This document shows, one piece after another, positions 39,790 to 48,144 of a DNA stretch of 64,000 nucleotides. The position numbers and the translations under genes were made by a program. This DNA is from Desulfobacterales bacterium (GTDB lineage: Bacteria; Desulfobacterota; Desulfobacteria; Desulfobacterales; UBA5852), in contig CAXXEA010000003.1 in NCBI GenBank assembly GCA_963674885.2, forward strand, positions 3,854,984-3,918,983, given 5' to 3'. Position 1 is the first letter of the stretch. Every line of letters begins with the position of its first letter. The notes under the pieces are model-generated. The model was given only the letters and a program-made list of their open reading frames with translations, was not told the origin of the DNA and did no database searches.

Positions 39790-41403
39790 TTATAACTCGG
39801 ATGCGACTTGAACCCTACGATTACATTCCGGACAGGTTTTGTCCTCGGAGAGCCTTTCGCCACACTCACAAACCCAACCGATCTGCTTGGCGGGATTCCC
39901 CACCACCAGGGCATGATCGGGCACATTTTTGTTGACTACGGCCCCGGCACCGACAAAGGCGTAAGCGCCGATGGTAACCCCACACACGATGGTGGCGTTG
40001 GCGCCGATCGTGGCACCTTTCTTAACCCGTGTGGGACGGACTTGGTCCATTTTGGATATTTCAGCCCGTGGATTGTAAATGTTGGTGAACACCATGGATG
40101 GCCCGCAGAAAACGCCATCTTCAAGCGTGACGCCCTTATAGACGGATACATTGTTCTGTATTTTACAATTATTCCCTATTGTTACATCAGGTCCGATCAC
40201 AACGTTCTGTCCAATATTGCAATTTCCCCCAATCGTCGACTGCTTGAGGATGTGGGAAAAATGCCAGATTTTTGTTCCCTGCCCTATATGGACGTTGGCG
40301 TCGATCTCGACAGTTGAATGACTGAAAAAGTCCTTTAAAGGCAATTCGGCAGAATTTGTTTGTGGTGGAGAGGGTTGGATACCCCCCTTTTGTTCTTCAT
40401 CAAAAAGCATCTCGCAACCGCATTGGTCCATCGACGTTTGGGCGGCATTCAGCACTTTTAAAACGTCTAAGCCTTCCTTCCCATCCGTAACCGGGCTCTC
40501 TTTGTTCGCTATACAGTTGAGAAATTGTTCACATTCCAATCGCAGTGGCTCGGCTTCAGGCACATCAACACGTTCAGGCTCCTTTTTTGTAGGAACAGGC
40601 ATGCTGCCTTGCCAATTGATCTCATGCGGGTATAAGAGCAGTTTGTCGCTCCAGGGCAACGTATCGTCAAAAACGGCCATTTTTTTATCGCCCACCACCA
40701 CCAATTTCTGCTCTTTAAAGGGGTGCAGCCATGAGACAAATATGTGGGCCCGCAACCCCGATGGGAACCGAAGATGGGTTGTCGTCACATCCGCAATTTT
40801 CTGATGGAGGTAGTTGCCGCCGGTGGCTGAAATTGCTTCAGGCTTTTCGCCCGCCAGGCTTAGAATCATGGAAATATCGTGGGGCGCAAACGACCACCAT
40901 ATATTTTCTTCGCGACGGATTTTGCCCAGATTCAATCGGTTGGAATAGATATAATTGATCCGGCCGAGTTCACCGCCCATTACCAGTGATTTGAGATGTG
41001 CAAAGATCGGATGGTATTGAAGCAAATGCCCCACCATTAATGTTTTTTCTTTTTCCTGAGCGATTTGAATGAGTTCTTCTGCATCCCGTTCTTTTAATAC
41101 CAGTGGCTTTTCGACATAGACATGTTTTCCGGCCAGCAAGGCTTCACGGGCAATGCTGAAATGGGTTTCCGCCGGTGTGGCAATAACGACACCGTTGATG
41201 TCTTTATTTACCAAAACATCATTCAAGGCCAGGCATGTGTCGACCTGATATTGCTGACGAAACCCTTCCAGAATAGTTTCGTTTTTATCGCAGATCAGCT
41301 TCAAGGCGCCAAGATTGGCATAATTGCGGACGAGATTTTTTCCCCAATAGCCCGATCCGATGACAGCGATTTGGGGTTGATTGGGCGTGTCTGATACATC
41401 CAT
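39790..41403 (-). CDS. Fusion protein: Gfo/Idh/MocA oxidoreductase (WbpB-like), hexapeptide N-acetyltransferase (WbpD/WlbB-like) and a C-terminal zinc ribbon
   Basis: 537 aa. N-terminal [14 protein letters not shown] ... [11 protein letters not shown]-terminal left-handed beta-helix ([13 protein letters not shown] ... [10 protein letters not shown]). Ends with [16 protein letters not shown]. Confidence 0.8.
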   Translation of the reverse strand: MDVSDTPNQPQIAVIGSGYWGKNLVRNYANLGALKLICDKNETILEGFRQQYQVDTCLALNDVLVNKDINGVVIATPAETHFSIAREALLAGKHVYVEKPLVLKERDAEELIQIAQEKEKTLMVGHLLQYHPIFAHLKSLVMGGELGRINYIYSNRLNLGKIRREENIWWSFAPHDISMILSLAGEKPEAISATGGNYLHQKIADVTTTHLRFPSGLRAHIFVSWLHPFKEQKLVVVGDKKMAVFDDTLPWSDKLLLYPHEINWQGSMPVPTKKEPERVDVPEAEPLRLECEQFLNCIANKESPVTDGKEGLDVLKVLNAAQTSMDQCGCEMLFDEEQKGGIQPSPPQTNSAELPLKDFFSHSTVEIDANVHIGQGTKIWHFSHILKQSTIGGNCNIGQNVVIGPDVTIGNNCKIQNNVSVYKGVTLEDGVFCGPSMVFTNIYNPRAEISKMDQVRPTRVKKGATIGANATIVCGVTIGAYAFVGAGAVVNKNVPDHALVVGNPAKQIGWVCECGERLSEDKTCPECNRRVQVASEL

Positions 41404-41485
41404 GTGCGCACTCCTTTAATATGAAATCGAAAGTATGTTCGCCCGCATCTGATAAGCATTGAATTATGAGATACGGGAAATATGT

Positions 41486-42649
41486 TTACATTTGATTAAA
41501 CAGTTGGGCGATTTTTTCCTGATCCGCCGCACCCAAATAAGGATGCATGGGCAGGCTGAAGATCCGGTTAGAACAATCTTCACTGATCGGAAAATCACCG
41601 GACTGGTATCCCAGCCCTTGAAATGCAGTCTGAAGATGCAACGGCTTCGGGTAATAGACGGCTGTCGGGACACCAGCTTCTTTAAGACTGCTCTGGATGT
41701 GGGTACGGTAATCATGATTCTCGGCCAGAACAGAATATTGAGCCCAGACACTTGTAGAGTCAGCTGGTATTGCAGGGAGAACCAGCCTTTGATTGGTCGA
41801 CATTAGCTGCTGGTATCGATTGGCAACCTCATTACGTAGACGCACCTCTTCAGAGAATATAGCAAACTTCTCAAGGAGAATGGCGGCCTGCAACGTGTCC
41901 ATGCGTCCATTGATGCCGATGCGGATATTATCGTATTTATCGCCGCCTTTGCCATGTACCCGCAGCGATCTCATTGTATCGATGAATACATCGTTATCTG
42001 TGAAACACATGCCGCCGTCGCCATAACATCCCAGCGGTTTGGCCGGGAAAAAAGAGGTGCAGGCAATGTCACCAAGGCTGCAGGCTTTCTTTCCCTTGTA
42101 CTCACCACCAAAGGACTGGGCAGCATCTTCGATAACGGCAATGTCGAAACGCTCGGCTATCTTATGAATGGGATCGTAATCTGCCGGCATACCAAAGAGA
42201 TCCACGGGAATGATAGCCTTGGCTTCAAGGGTTTCATCTGCTTTAAGTTGGCGACAAATAGGATGGCTGCGGTCATTGTTACGAATAGCGATAATGGCGT
42301 CTTGCAGCAAATAGGGATCGATGTTGAAAGTTGTCCGGTCGATATCCACAAAAACGGTGGTCGCGCCGAGCAAGCTCACTACCTCTGCAGTTGCAATGAA
42401 AGTAAATGGTGAGGTGAAAACAGCATCGCCAGGCCCAATTTCCAATGCCATCAGGGCCAGCAGCAGGGCATCGGTCCCCGAAGCACATGCCAGGCTATGT
42501 TTGACGCCGACGTAGTCAGCCAACAGCTTTTCAAGTTCGCCGATTTCAGGCCCCATGATGTATTTTCCGTGGTTCAAAACATCTTGGATGCGCTGTTCGA
42601 TTTGTGGCCGAATTCGTGCTTGTTGTGCTGCAAGGTCGATGAATTGCAT
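41486..42649 (-). CDS. DegT/DnrJ/EryC1/StrS-family sugar aminotransferase (WbpE/PglE-like)
   Basis: 387 aa, full-length and collinear with PLP-dependent nucleotide-sugar aminotransferases (GPEIGELEKLLADYVG ... SGTDALLLAL ... SFFPAKPLGCYGDGG). Confidence 0.9.
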   Translation of the reverse strand: MQFIDLAAQQARIRPQIEQRIQDVLNHGKYIMGPEIGELEKLLADYVGVKHSLACASGTDALLLALMALEIGPGDAVFTSPFTFIATAEVVSLLGATTVFVDIDRTTFNIDPYLLQDAIIAIRNNDRSHPICRQLKADETLEAKAIIPVDLFGMPADYDPIHKIAERFDIAVIEDAAQSFGGEYKGKKACSLGDIACTSFFPAKPLGCYGDGGMCFTDNDVFIDTMRSLRVHGKGGDKYDNIRIGINGRMDTLQAAILLEKFAIFSEEVRLRNEVANRYQQLMSTNQRLVLPAIPADSTSVWAQYSVLAENHDYRTHIQSSLKEAGVPTAVYYPKPLHLQTAFQGLGYQSGDFPISEDCSNRIFSLPMHPYLGAADQEKIAQLFNQM

Positions 42650-42680
42650 AAAAATTCCTTTTTGTGTGTTGTCAATGAGT

Positions 42681-42750
42681 CATGAGGCGTGATTCGTGAA
42701 CCAGGATCCGTGATGCGTGAACCGTGAGTCGTGAATCGGGATGGTGAGAC
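42681..42750. repeat. CGTGA-rich degenerate short tandem repeat tract
   Basis: catgaggCGTGAttCGTGAaccaggatcCGTGAtgCGTGAacCGTGAgtCGTGAatcgggatggtgagac. That is 6 CGTGA within ~60 nt on the plus strand. Confidence 0.8.
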
Positions 42751-42883
42751 CTTTGCACAACTCCGATTTGGTTTAAAGCCGAACTACCGCCTTCGTAGTC
42801 TTCCAGCATAAAACACCAAGCTCGAAGCTCAAAGGAAAATGAATTTATCTGCGGGAAATAGCCCCATTTCAGGATAATGCGTT

Positions 42884-43462
42884 TTAGAAGGTTTTGATCT
42901 TGGAACCCGCAATGCCCTTTTTAGCCAAGATATCCACCGTGTCGGGATCAAGCCTGTCGTTGGTCAGCACCACGACATCGAAAGCGGTTTCCAGCAGTTC
43001 ATCCATGCCGAGAATGCGGTGTCCGAAAAAAGAACCGCCATTCCCGATGAAATCGCTGATCGCAACGAATGTCAAATTTGATTCCTGAAGCGACAGATAG
43101 GCGATTTCGGCCAGGTCCCCTTCCCCGAAAAAAGCCACCCGCTCGACTCCCTCCGCTTTCAGTTCATGGAAGAGATTGCGCGTGCGGTGGCGCGCATCAC
43201 GGTAGAAACGATAGGAATACTGAATGTAAGCATAGGTCAAGCGGGTTTTTTCGGTCACGCCCTGGGGCGTGAGAATATACCGCATCCTGTTTTTCGGAAG
43301 GTGGGTGACCTTGAAATACCCCTTTTTGGCCAAACGCCGGATAAAGGAGTTGATCAGCCCCAAGGAGATGTTCAAGGCTTCCGCCATGTCGCGCTGGCTA
43401 GGCGAATCCTGTCCGTCGATGGCTTCCAGGATTTTCAGCGTGCGGATATCTTGGGTATCCAT
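42884..43462 (-). CDS. Winged-helix transcriptional regulator with a C-terminal Rossmann-like domain
   Basis: 192 aa. N-terminal wHTH (SQRDMAEALNISLGLINSFIRRLAKKGYF). The C-terminal part (VAFFGEGDLAEIAYL ... DVVVLTN) resembles a nucleotide- or CoA-binding fold. Confidence 0.55.
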   Translation of the reverse strand: MDTQDIRTLKILEAIDGQDSPSQRDMAEALNISLGLINSFIRRLAKKGYFKVTHLPKNRMRYILTPQGVTEKTRLTYAYIQYSYRFYRDARHRTRNLFHELKAEGVERVAFFGEGDLAEIAYLSLQESNLTFVAISDFIGNGGSFFGHRILGMDELLETAFDVVVLTNDRLDPDTVDILAKKGIAGSKIKTF

Positions 43463-43721
43463 TTTAGGATTGATTCAATCCACCGGTTGGGAAGGCATCG
43501 ATAGCTCCGCCGGGTGGGTTCCATCCGCATGTAGAAAGATGGCCCTTCGGAGATATGATACATTTGAAAAGAATGGTTACGTTCAGCAATTGAACGCATG
43601 CTCTATGAACATATAATAATAGGAAAGTCAACATGTTTTGACTGTTCTCGGTGAGCTTGGAAATAAGTTCGCGATTGGTTCCAAAGGCGTGAGGGAGGTA
43701 TCGGGCGAATTCAGGATAGAA

Positions 43722-43752
43722 CTGCAGCCACATGCAAGGCACGTGGCTGCAG
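43722..43752 (-). terminator. Possible terminator hairpin after the ComEA-like gene
   Basis: A 13-bp near-perfect stem (ctgcagccacatg / cacgtggctgcag) lies 17 nt downstream of the stop at 43769. The T-tract is weak. Confidence 0.3.
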
Positions 43753-43768
43753 TATTTGCATCGCAGGG

Positions 43769-44047
43769 TTATTGTTTACCCACCGAAATCCGATCTTTGT
43801 TCAGTTCCAGAATTTTGTCACCGACGCCTTTGACGTTCTTAAGATCGTCGACTGTTTTGAAAGGGCCATTGGCATCCCGATAGGCCACGATGTTTTCCGC
43901 TGTTTTCGGGCCCACCTTCTGTAGCTGGGTCAGTTCATCGACCGATGCGGTATTGATGTTAATCGTGTCGTTGCCCGCGGCAACAGCGGGTGCAGCCATC
44001 ACTGCCAAAAAACACACCATTAACATGAAGACCAGTACCTTTTTCAT
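43769..44047 (-). CDS. ComEA-family helix-hairpin-helix DNA-binding protein (secreted)
   Basis: 92 aa with a signal peptide and the HhH region INTASVDELTQLQKVGPKTAENIVAYRDANGPFKTVDDLKNVKGVG. Confidence 0.8.
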   Translation of the reverse strand: MKKVLVFMLMVCFLAVMAAPAVAAGNDTININTASVDELTQLQKVGPKTAENIVAYRDANGPFKTVDDLKNVKGVGDKILELNKDRISVGKQ

Positions 44048-44500
44048 GCGTTTCTCCTTCCAAAATATGGGATTTGAGTTGGGCCATGGCCCGTTGTAAA
44101 TTTGCTCTCAAAAGAGACCATGACCGGTAAGGGACTGGTTGTTTCCTTTACCAATATCTGTACCAAAAAATTCGAATCAGATGCTTCGAATTGTTAACTG
44201 GCGCTGCGCGCCGGATGGAACCTGCCATAACCAATTTATATGACATCACTATTCTGCTTTTGTACTTTTTAAAAAAATAGTTTAAATCGTGTTCTACGAC
44301 GGTGGCAGGCAACGGATTGCGACCCCATGAAACAGGCAATGCGCCCATATTTCTGTGCGTCGGTGCCCAGTTGGATGTGCAAGACATTCTTCTTTGGGGA
44401 CAGAAAGCTTGATTCCGGATGGGTGATGGTGGAAGATGATAATTCCGATTCCAGATCGGGGTCCTGCGTGGCAGACAACTGAAATCAAGGAGAGCCAAAA

Positions 44501-44734
44501 ATGGGAAATAGTTCAGATACGGTGCGCGTCAACGTGACGTTTGCCGTCTCGGGAGAGACGCTTCAAACCATCGTGCGTACCGCCAAGGAAATCGTGGGAA
44601 GAAACGAAAAGGGGCATTATCGCATCGATACAGCCGACCTGCTGGAGGATCTACTGTCAAACTTCATCGATGAAAATGGATTTGATGCATATGTTGCGGA
44701 TCGTGAGAACTACGGATTTCTCAACCGCCAGTAA
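44501..44734 (+). CDS. Hypothetical small protein
   Basis: 77-aa ORF with AAGGAG 9 nt upstream of the ATG. No family recognised. Confidence 0.45.
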   Translation: MGNSSDTVRVNVTFAVSGETLQTIVRTAKEIVGRNEKGHYRIDTADLLEDLLSNFIDENGFDAYVADRENYGFLNRQ

Positions 44735-44824
44735 GCGACGCGTTAGAATTCTTTTTGGGAAGCCGGCACCAAGCCCGTGATCATCAGGAAATGCTTGATG
44801 TTAAGTGTTGTCAGTTCGGCATTT

Positions 44825-45550
44825 TCAATTTTCGAGTTTTTCGTCGATGCGTCCCATGGCGGCCATAAATTTTTCACGGATTTCGCGGGCATAGGGGTTG
44901 AACTGGTGCATGTCCCGAAAAAGCTGCCAGGTGTCGTGCTCCACCACCTCCAGCGTATACGTGAGTCGCTTATACCCTTCCGTGTCGATCTTGAGTTTTT
45001 CAGCACCGAATTCCGCCAGTGATCGTCCGATAAAATGCGTGAGCGATAGGCTCACGGCAATCTGGCGATCATGTTCTTCCGGCGTAGCTTCGATGACTTC
45101 CAGCCCCTTCCCCCGCAGATAGTCATATATTTTACGATAGAGGTCCGGCCTCGTGGTGACGTTGCAGAGCACTATTTTACGTCCGTCAAGTGATTCAGCG
45201 GCGCTGTCCGGACCGAACATGGGATGAGTGCCCAGAATGGCCGTATGGTTCGCCAACAGTTCCTGCATCCAATCGACCGGATGCTTTTTGACCGAGCATA
45301 CATCGATGACCACCGTTTCCTGGGCGATGAGAGGGGCGATTTTTTGAAGCGTCTCCCGCATGGCGCTGATCGGGACGCACAGCACCAGGAAAGGCTGAGC
45401 ACAGACTTCCGCCAGCGTGGCTTTGGAGGCCCCGACGGCCTCGATCGCCGCCGCCTTTTGGCTGGCCGAGTAGACCAGTACCTTGCAATCCTCGGCAAGG
45501 TAGCGGGCCGTAAGGGCACCGAATCGTCCGAATCCGATTAAACCGATCAT
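44825..45550 (-). CDS. tyrA: Prephenate/arogenate dehydrogenase
   Basis: 241 aa with IGLIGFGRFGALTARYL and VIDVCSVKKHP ... ILGTHPMFGP. Overlaps the upstream aminotransferase stop by 4 nt. Confidence 0.8.
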   Translation of the reverse strand: MIGLIGFGRFGALTARYLAEDCKVLVYSASQKAAAIEAVGASKATLAEVCAQPFLVLCVPISAMRETLQKIAPLIAQETVVIDVCSVKKHPVDWMQELLANHTAILGTHPMFGPDSAAESLDGRKIVLCNVTTRPDLYRKIYDYLRGKGLEVIEATPEEHDRQIAVSLSLTHFIGRSLAEFGAEKLKIDTEGYKRLTYTLEVVEHDTWQLFRDMHQFNPYAREIREKFMAAMGRIDEKLEN

Positions 45551-46677
45551 AAAACGTCCTTGATGCGTTGTAAGCCCTTAGACAGCCGCTCGGTGCCGGT
45601 CGCAAAAGAGATTCGAATATGGCCGGGCGCCCCAAAAAAAGCCCCCGGCACCACCGCGACATTGGCCTTTTCCAACACGTATTGGGCGAAAGCCTGATCG
45701 TCGCCGTACCGCTCCTGATAACATGCAACGCTCGGAAACAGGTAAAAAGCGCCATCGGGAACCGTCAAATCAAAGAGTTCACCTCCCATTTGGACCGCCA
45801 AATCCCGCCTTTTCTGAAACTGCCGGCGACGCTGTTCCAGTGCATCAGAGGGGGTATCGATGGCAGACAAAGCACCATGCTGGGCAAAGGTACAGACATT
45901 GCCTGTCAGGTGCCCATGGACGGTCGTGAGGCGGGCAATCATTTCCTGGGCGGCCACCACATACCCGACCCGGAAACCGGTCATGCCATAGGTTTTCGAA
46001 AAACTGCGCACGACAATCAATTGCGGTCGAATTTCGGGAAAATCGAAAAGACTTTTGAATGAGGTGTCACCATAGACGAAAGCCGCGTAGGCCTCGTCGG
46101 AGATCAACCACAAATTATTTTTTCGACAGATGTCGATAATGCGTTCCAGAGCGCTGCGGTCATAGACCGCCCCGGTGGGGTTGTTGGGCGAGTTGATCAG
46201 GATGGCCACGGTACGATCGGTCACGGCGTGGGCCATGGCATCGGGATCGAGTTGATGCTGAATCGTATCGACCATCACCGGCGTCCCACCGGCCAGCCGA
46301 ACCTGATGCTGAAAGCTGACCCAGGAGGGGGATGGGATGATCACCTCTCGCCCGGGGTCGCAGATGGCCTGAAAAACTTCAAAAAGGCCCTGTTTGGCCC
46401 CATTCGTGACGAGAATATTCGCGGGGCCATATCCCTCGAATTCAGCCGCCAATTTCTCCCTCAACAAAGGAAGACCGGCCACGGGACCGTAACGCGTGTG
46501 TCCATCGGTCAAGGCCCTGGTGGTGGCGGTTGTCACATCCGCATCAACAGCGAAATCCGGCTCGCCCACGGCAAGATCGATCACATCTCGTCCGGCGGCA
46601 CGCAATTCCTGTATCAGGACCGTAAATTTCAGCGTTCCTGATGGAAGAATATTGTTAAATTTATCTGATATATACAT
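45547..46677 (-). CDS. Class I/II PLP-dependent aminotransferase (aspartate/aromatic type)
   Basis: 376 aa with DLAVGEPDF, SPNNPTG and the SFSKTYGMTGFRVGY lysine motif. Confidence 0.85.
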   Translation of the reverse strand: MYISDKFNNILPSGTLKFTVLIQELRAAGRDVIDLAVGEPDFAVDADVTTATTRALTDGHTRYGPVAGLPLLREKLAAEFEGYGPANILVTNGAKQGLFEVFQAICDPGREVIIPSPSWVSFQHQVRLAGGTPVMVDTIQHQLDPDAMAHAVTDRTVAILINSPNNPTGAVYDRSALERIIDICRKNNLWLISDEAYAAFVYGDTSFKSLFDFPEIRPQLIVVRSFSKTYGMTGFRVGYVVAAQEMIARLTTVHGHLTGNVCTFAQHGALSAIDTPSDALEQRRRQFQKRRDLAVQMGGELFDLTVPDGAFYLFPSVACYQERYGDDQAFAQYVLEKANVAVVPGAFFGAPGHIRISFATGTERLSKGLQRIKDVL

Positions 46678-46690
46678 AGGTCAGTACTTA

Positions 46691-46831
46691 GTGCCCATCC
46701 ATAAATGACCAATTTGCCCAATATCTGCGTTGCACGAAAAATTGAATCCTCGGAATATCAACCATATGCCTGCGGTTAAATCTTCCGTGCGCCTTGATCT
46801 CAACCAAATTTGCCAATTTCTGGATGGGCAC
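46691..46831. repeat. Long imperfect palindrome element, copy A1 (141 nt, TA-flanked, reverse orientation relative to B copies)
   Basis: GTGCCCATCCATAAATGACCAATTTG ... CAAATTTGCCAATTTCTGGATGGGCAC. The core words gccttgatctca, cctgcgg, cctcgga and aatatctgcgtt match the reverse complement of the B copies. Flanked by TACTTA on both sides. Confidence 0.85.
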
Positions 46832-46888
46832 TACTTAACAACAGTCGTTGGTCATCGGGGCCAAACAGGATCCAAGGATTCCACCCCC

Positions 46889-47968
46889 TCACCCCCGCAT
46901 CTTCTGCCGCAGCACCAAATCTCCGAGAACAAGGGCGGCCATACTTTCAACAATCGGTACCGCCCGGGGCACGACGCAGGGATCGTGTCGGCCCTTGGCT
47001 TCCAGAACAGCGGGTGCGCCTTTGAAATCGACGGTTTTCTGGGGCATTTTGATGGTCGCCGGCGGCTTGAAGGCCACGCGAAACAGGATCGGAGCGCCGC
47101 TGCTGATACCGCCCAGGGTTCCCCCACTGTTGTTTTGGGACGGCATCAATCTATCGCCCTCTTTCGCAAAGGGGTCGTTATGAACCGATCCTTTCATGCG
47201 CGTGCCGGCAAATCCGGAACCGATTTCAAACCCTTTGGTGGCGGGAATGGACATCATGGCCTGGGCCAGTTTGGCCTCCAGTTTGTCAAAAACCGGTTCG
47301 CCCAACCCTACCGGAACACAACGGCATATGCATGAAACGATTCCCCCGATGGAGTCACCTTCTTCCTTGAGCTGCAGGATGAGCTTTTCCATCTGGTCGG
47401 CGGTTTCTTCGTGGGGGCACCTAACGGAATAGTGGTCAACCGTGTCGCGGGTGAGGGTTTCCGCATCGATGGCCGGCGGCTCGATCGGGCCGACAGCACT
47501 GACCCAGGCCACGATCTCGATGCCAAACAGTTCGTGCAGAAATTTTTCGGCAATAGCCCCTGCCGCTACCCGCCCGATGGTTTCTCGGGCACTGGACCGC
47601 CCTCCCCCGCTGCTGGCCCGGATGCCGTATTTCATCTGATAGGTATAATCCGCGTGCGATGGCCGTGGAATATCTTGCATGGCCCCGTAATCGCCGGGAA
47701 TCTGATCCTTGTTGGCGACAAAGAGGCCAATTGGCGTGCCCAGCGTGAGCCCGTTTTCCACCCCGGACAGGATGGTCACCTGGTCGGCTTCCTGGCGATC
47801 CGTGGTCAGGCGGCTTTGCCCTGGTCGCCGTCGATCCAATTGCGGTTGGATGTCGCTTTCGGAAAGGGGCAACCGGGACGGAACACCGTCAAGAATCGCC
47901 CCAACCCCTTTGCAATGGGATTCGCCGAAAGTGGTTACACTTAAAAGGGTACCGTAAGTACTGGACAT
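46889..47968 (-). CDS. aroC: Chorismate synthase
   Basis: [18 protein letters not shown], full-length. Started at MSSTYG (47968) rather than at the ORF-track start of 48055. Confidence 0.9.
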   Translation of the reverse strand: MSSTYGTLLSVTTFGESHCKGVGAILDGVPSRLPLSESDIQPQLDRRRPGQSRLTTDRQEADQVTILSGVENGLTLGTPIGLFVANKDQIPGDYGAMQDIPRPSHADYTYQMKYGIRASSGGGRSSARETIGRVAAGAIAEKFLHELFGIEIVAWVSAVGPIEPPAIDAETLTRDTVDHYSVRCPHEETADQMEKLILQLKEEGDSIGGIVSCICRCVPVGLGEPVFDKLEAKLAQAMMSIPATKGFEIGSGFAGTRMKGSVHNDPFAKEGDRLMPSQNNSGGTLGGISSGAPILFRVAFKPPATIKMPQKTVDFKGAPAVLEAKGRHDPCVVPRAVPIVESMAALVLGDLVLRQKMRG

Positions 47969-48003
47969 GCGCTTGCTCCTGCAAGAAAATCGAAGAATAT
48001 TAC

Positions 48004-48030
48004 CATGAAGAGCATGAAGGGCATGAAGAG
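48004..48030. repeat. 3 x 9-nt tandem repeat CATGAAGRG in the aroA-aroC spacer
   Basis: catgaagag catgaaggg catgaagag, immediately followed by a perfect 8-bp hairpin (attccggc ttag gccggaat) at 48031-48050. Confidence 0.8.
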
Positions 48031-48144
48031 ATTCCGGCTTAGGCCGGAATGCCAAACATAAAGTATTGGTTTATTATTAAAATTCTAACATATTATTTTC
48101 TTCATTTTGACCTTCATGGTAAAAGCATTAGGTTTTTCTTTTGC

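Noticed and set aside
44048-44500. 453-bp divergent intergenic region inspected for a riboswitch, tRNA or sRNA (contains an AATTCGAA-N8-TTCGAATT hairpin at 44169-44192)
   Set aside because: I could not match any riboswitch or tRNA consensus. The ORFs here (for example 44148-44498) look spurious. It is probably just divergent promoter DNA.
47969-48055. Upstream extension of aroC, and similarly 49405-49458 for aroA
   Set aside because: The extensions cover repeat or spacer sequence and, for aroA, use a TTG start. The conserved N-termini of both enzymes begin at the internal ATGs.
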